DNA of 33,839 nucleotides from Kiritimatiellia bacterium (GTDB lineage Bacteria; Verrucomicrobiota; Kiritimatiellia; RFP12; UBA1067): NCBI GenBank assembly GCA_045220525.1, contig JBGUVV010000195.1, positions 1 to 33,839 of the forward strand, read 5' to 3'. Shown piece by piece: positions 32,058 to 33,839 of this stretch (position 1 is its first letter; each line of letters starts with the position of its first letter). The notes under the pieces were generated by a model. It saw only the letters and a program-made list of their open reading frames with translations, ran no database searches and was not told where the DNA came from. The position numbers and the translations under genes were made by a program.

Positions 32058-32830
32058 CTTGGCGCCACAAGGTCGAGCCGTGGCTCAGGTTCTTCCGGTT
32101 AGTCAACCTGCCGACTGTTCCAGGTGACGTGCTTGTCGGCGCGGCCGCAGTTGCGGCGTTCGGAGGCGGCGCCGTCGCCGGATGGGCGACGGTCGCCGCC
32201 TGCGCGGCATCATGCATGTTCTATCTCTTCGGCCTTGCGGACAACGACATTGTCGGAGCTGCGACGGACTTAGGGCGGCCAATTCCCGACGGGGAGATTT
32301 CAAAGCGAGAAGCAAAGGCGGCGAGGGCGGCTTGCCTTTTGCTCGGCATCGTCGCACTTGCCGCCAGTGGCGCGATGGTGCATTCCTTGAACTCCGGCTG
32401 CGGGACTTGGCTTTATTTGGCTTTTCCCTCGGCGCTCTGCCTCGTCTCGGCTATCTACCTCTATAACCGCACCAAGCATTACGTCCTGATGGGACTCTGC
32501 CGCGGATTCAACGTTATGCTTGGCGCGACTACGGCCCTGTGCGCGACTGGAGGGACGAATGCATCCGTGACTGCCGCCGCGACAGCAGCACTCGTCTGGA
32601 CAATCTACATCTCCGCAGTGACGCGGTATTCGGAAGGCGAAGAGACAGATCCCGTTCGCAAGCGCCGCACGGGGATTCTCGTTGGCGGCATTGTCTATTT
32701 GCAGCTTGCAGTGCTCGTCGCGTTTTCCGTCTTTGGCCGGCCCATCAACGATCTTCTTGTCGCTGGGGCGGTGCTTCTTCTCGCAAGGCGAATTCTCATA
32801 GTCGCATTGCCGAAGGTAAGCTCGTCGTAA
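32054..32830 (+). CDS. UbiA-superfamily prenyltransferase-like membrane protein
   Basis: I place the start at ATG 32054, making an ATGA overlap (the track starts at 31991). FRLVNLPTVPGDVLVG and LADNDIVGAATD (Asp-rich motif) are present, along with about 8 hydrophobic helices. Confidence 0.55.
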   Translation: MTWRHKVEPWLRFFRLVNLPTVPGDVLVGAAAVAAFGGGAVAGWATVAACAASCMFYLFGLADNDIVGAATDLGRPIPDGEISKREAKAARAACLLLGIVALAASGAMVHSLNSGCGTWLYLAFPSALCLVSAIYLYNRTKHYVLMGLCRGFNVMLGATTALCATGGTNASVTAAATAALVWTIYISAVTRYSEGEETDPVRKRRTGILVGGIVYLQLAVLVAFSVFGRPINDLLVAGAVLLLARRILIVALPKVSSS

Positions 32831-32855
32831 AATTTCAAGAGATAAAGGGAAAACC

Positions 32856-33791
32856 ATGGGACTCATCGAGAGGATAAGGGACAAAGCGCGCTCTTGCAAA
32901 AAGAGGATTGTCCTGCCAGAGGGAGACGAACCTCGCACAGTCGAGGCGGCGAAGATAATCGAGGAGGAAGGCCTCGCAGAGCCGATACTCATCGGAAGCG
33001 GATTCGTCCGCTCAAAGGCCGGCGAATACGCCGAAGCCCTTTATGAGCTCCGCAAGGCAAAGGGCGTCACGCCGGAGAAGGCGGCAGAGCTCGTCTCCGA
33101 TTCCATGTACTACGGAATGATGATGGTGAAATCCGGCGATGCAGACGGGCTCGTCTCGGGCGCCGTGCACTCGACGGGCGACATGCTGCGGCCTGCCTTG
33201 CAGATCATAAAGACGCGCCCCGGCATGAAGCTCGTATCATCGAGTTTCCTGATGGAATGCAAGAGCGAGGCCTTCGGAGACAACGGCCTTCTAGTCTATG
33301 CGGACTGCGTCGTCAATCCCTGTCCGTCTTCGGAGGAGCTGGCCCACATCGCGGTCGCCGCCGCCGATACCGCTCGCACGCTTTGCGGAATCGCTGAGCC
33401 GCGCGTCGCAATGCTTTCGTTCTCCACGAAGGGGAGCGCCGAACACGACCTTGTCAAGAAGGTGCGCGAAGCTACTGCCATTGCGCATGGCCTCGCGCCA
33501 GACCTAGTGCTTGACGGCGAGCTTCAGTTTGACGCGGCGACAGTGCCGGAGGTCGGAGCCGTCAAGGCGAAGGGAAGCCCGGTAGCGGGGCGCGCAAACG
33601 TGCTCATATTCCCCGACCTCCAGGCGGGGAACATCTGCTACAAGATAACGCAGCGCATCGGCGGAGCCGACTGCTTTGCCGTCCTGCAGGGGCTTGCAAA
33701 GCCGTGCAACGACCTGTCCCGCGGCTGCTCCGTCGAAGACATCGTGAACACAGTCGCGATTACGGCGGTGCAGGCGCAGGGACAGGCCTGA
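32856..33791 (+). CDS. pta: Phosphate acetyltransferase (short-form Pta)
   Basis: 311 aa. KKRIVLPEGDEPRTVEAAKII, VSGAVHSTGD and FPDLQAGNICYK are characteristic Pta/PTA_PTB motifs. Confidence 0.9.
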   Translation: MGLIERIRDKARSCKKRIVLPEGDEPRTVEAAKIIEEEGLAEPILIGSGFVRSKAGEYAEALYELRKAKGVTPEKAAELVSDSMYYGMMMVKSGDADGLVSGAVHSTGDMLRPALQIIKTRPGMKLVSSSFLMECKSEAFGDNGLLVYADCVVNPCPSSEELAHIAVAAADTARTLCGIAEPRVAMLSFSTKGSAEHDLVKKVREATAIAHGLAPDLVLDGELQFDAATVPEVGAVKAKGSPVAGRANVLIFPDLQAGNICYKITQRIGGADCFAVLQGLAKPCNDLSRGCSVEDIVNTVAITAVQAQGQA

Positions 33792-33839
33792 CGGCGGCGG
33801 GCGCCTACCTCTTCTTGATGACGGGTATCTGCGCGGCGG

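Overview
The window has three compositional parts. (1) High-GC core genes sit at both ends. At the left are a NuoF-like (partial) and NuoE-like pair. At the right, from 24.5 kb, are tRNA-Ser(UGA), an APH/NahK-like kinase, an LptA-like protein, a CPA2 antiporter fused to an EIIA domain, mnmE, a GltD-like Fe-S flavoprotein, a UbiA-like protein and pta. (2) A high-GC accessory mosaic lies almost entirely on the minus strand (about 1.6-12.1 kb and 21.4-24.5 kb). It contains a Deg/HtrA protease, a truncated DUF4143 ATPase, a YceK-like lipoprotein, a miniaturised MreB paralog with an ADP-ribosylglycohydrolase, two paralogous membrane Ser/Thr kinases, a RelB/ParE pair, a five-gene cluster of unknown function (including a RyR-domain protein and an HExxH protein), and an ECF sigma factor directly downstream of the second kinase. 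Six copies of a strictly spaced bipartite motif (TGTCAGAT-N14-YGTATRKKAK, minus-strand sense) sit in front of these accessory genes. This motif differs from the TTGNNN/TATAAT-type promoters I can see in front of core genes. (3) An AT-rich island lies at about 12.2-21.4 kb (spot counts 35-42% GC, against 58-75% elsewhere). It carries the best candidate for an undescribed system, a tightly packed plus-strand operon. The operon starts with an unannotated 59-aa ORF ending in the aromatic core CWGNYDDYNHGY. It continues with a radical-SAM/SPASM enzyme, a second radical-SAM enzyme, an NPP-motif N-methyltransferase and a 1255-aa UvrA-like double ABC ATPase with a roughly 385-aa extra C-terminal region. 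It is flanked by a PIN-like gene and a convergent HExxH protein. No CRISPR array, integrase or recognisable transposase was seen. All family calls rest on motifs I recognised by eye and from memory; no searches were run.
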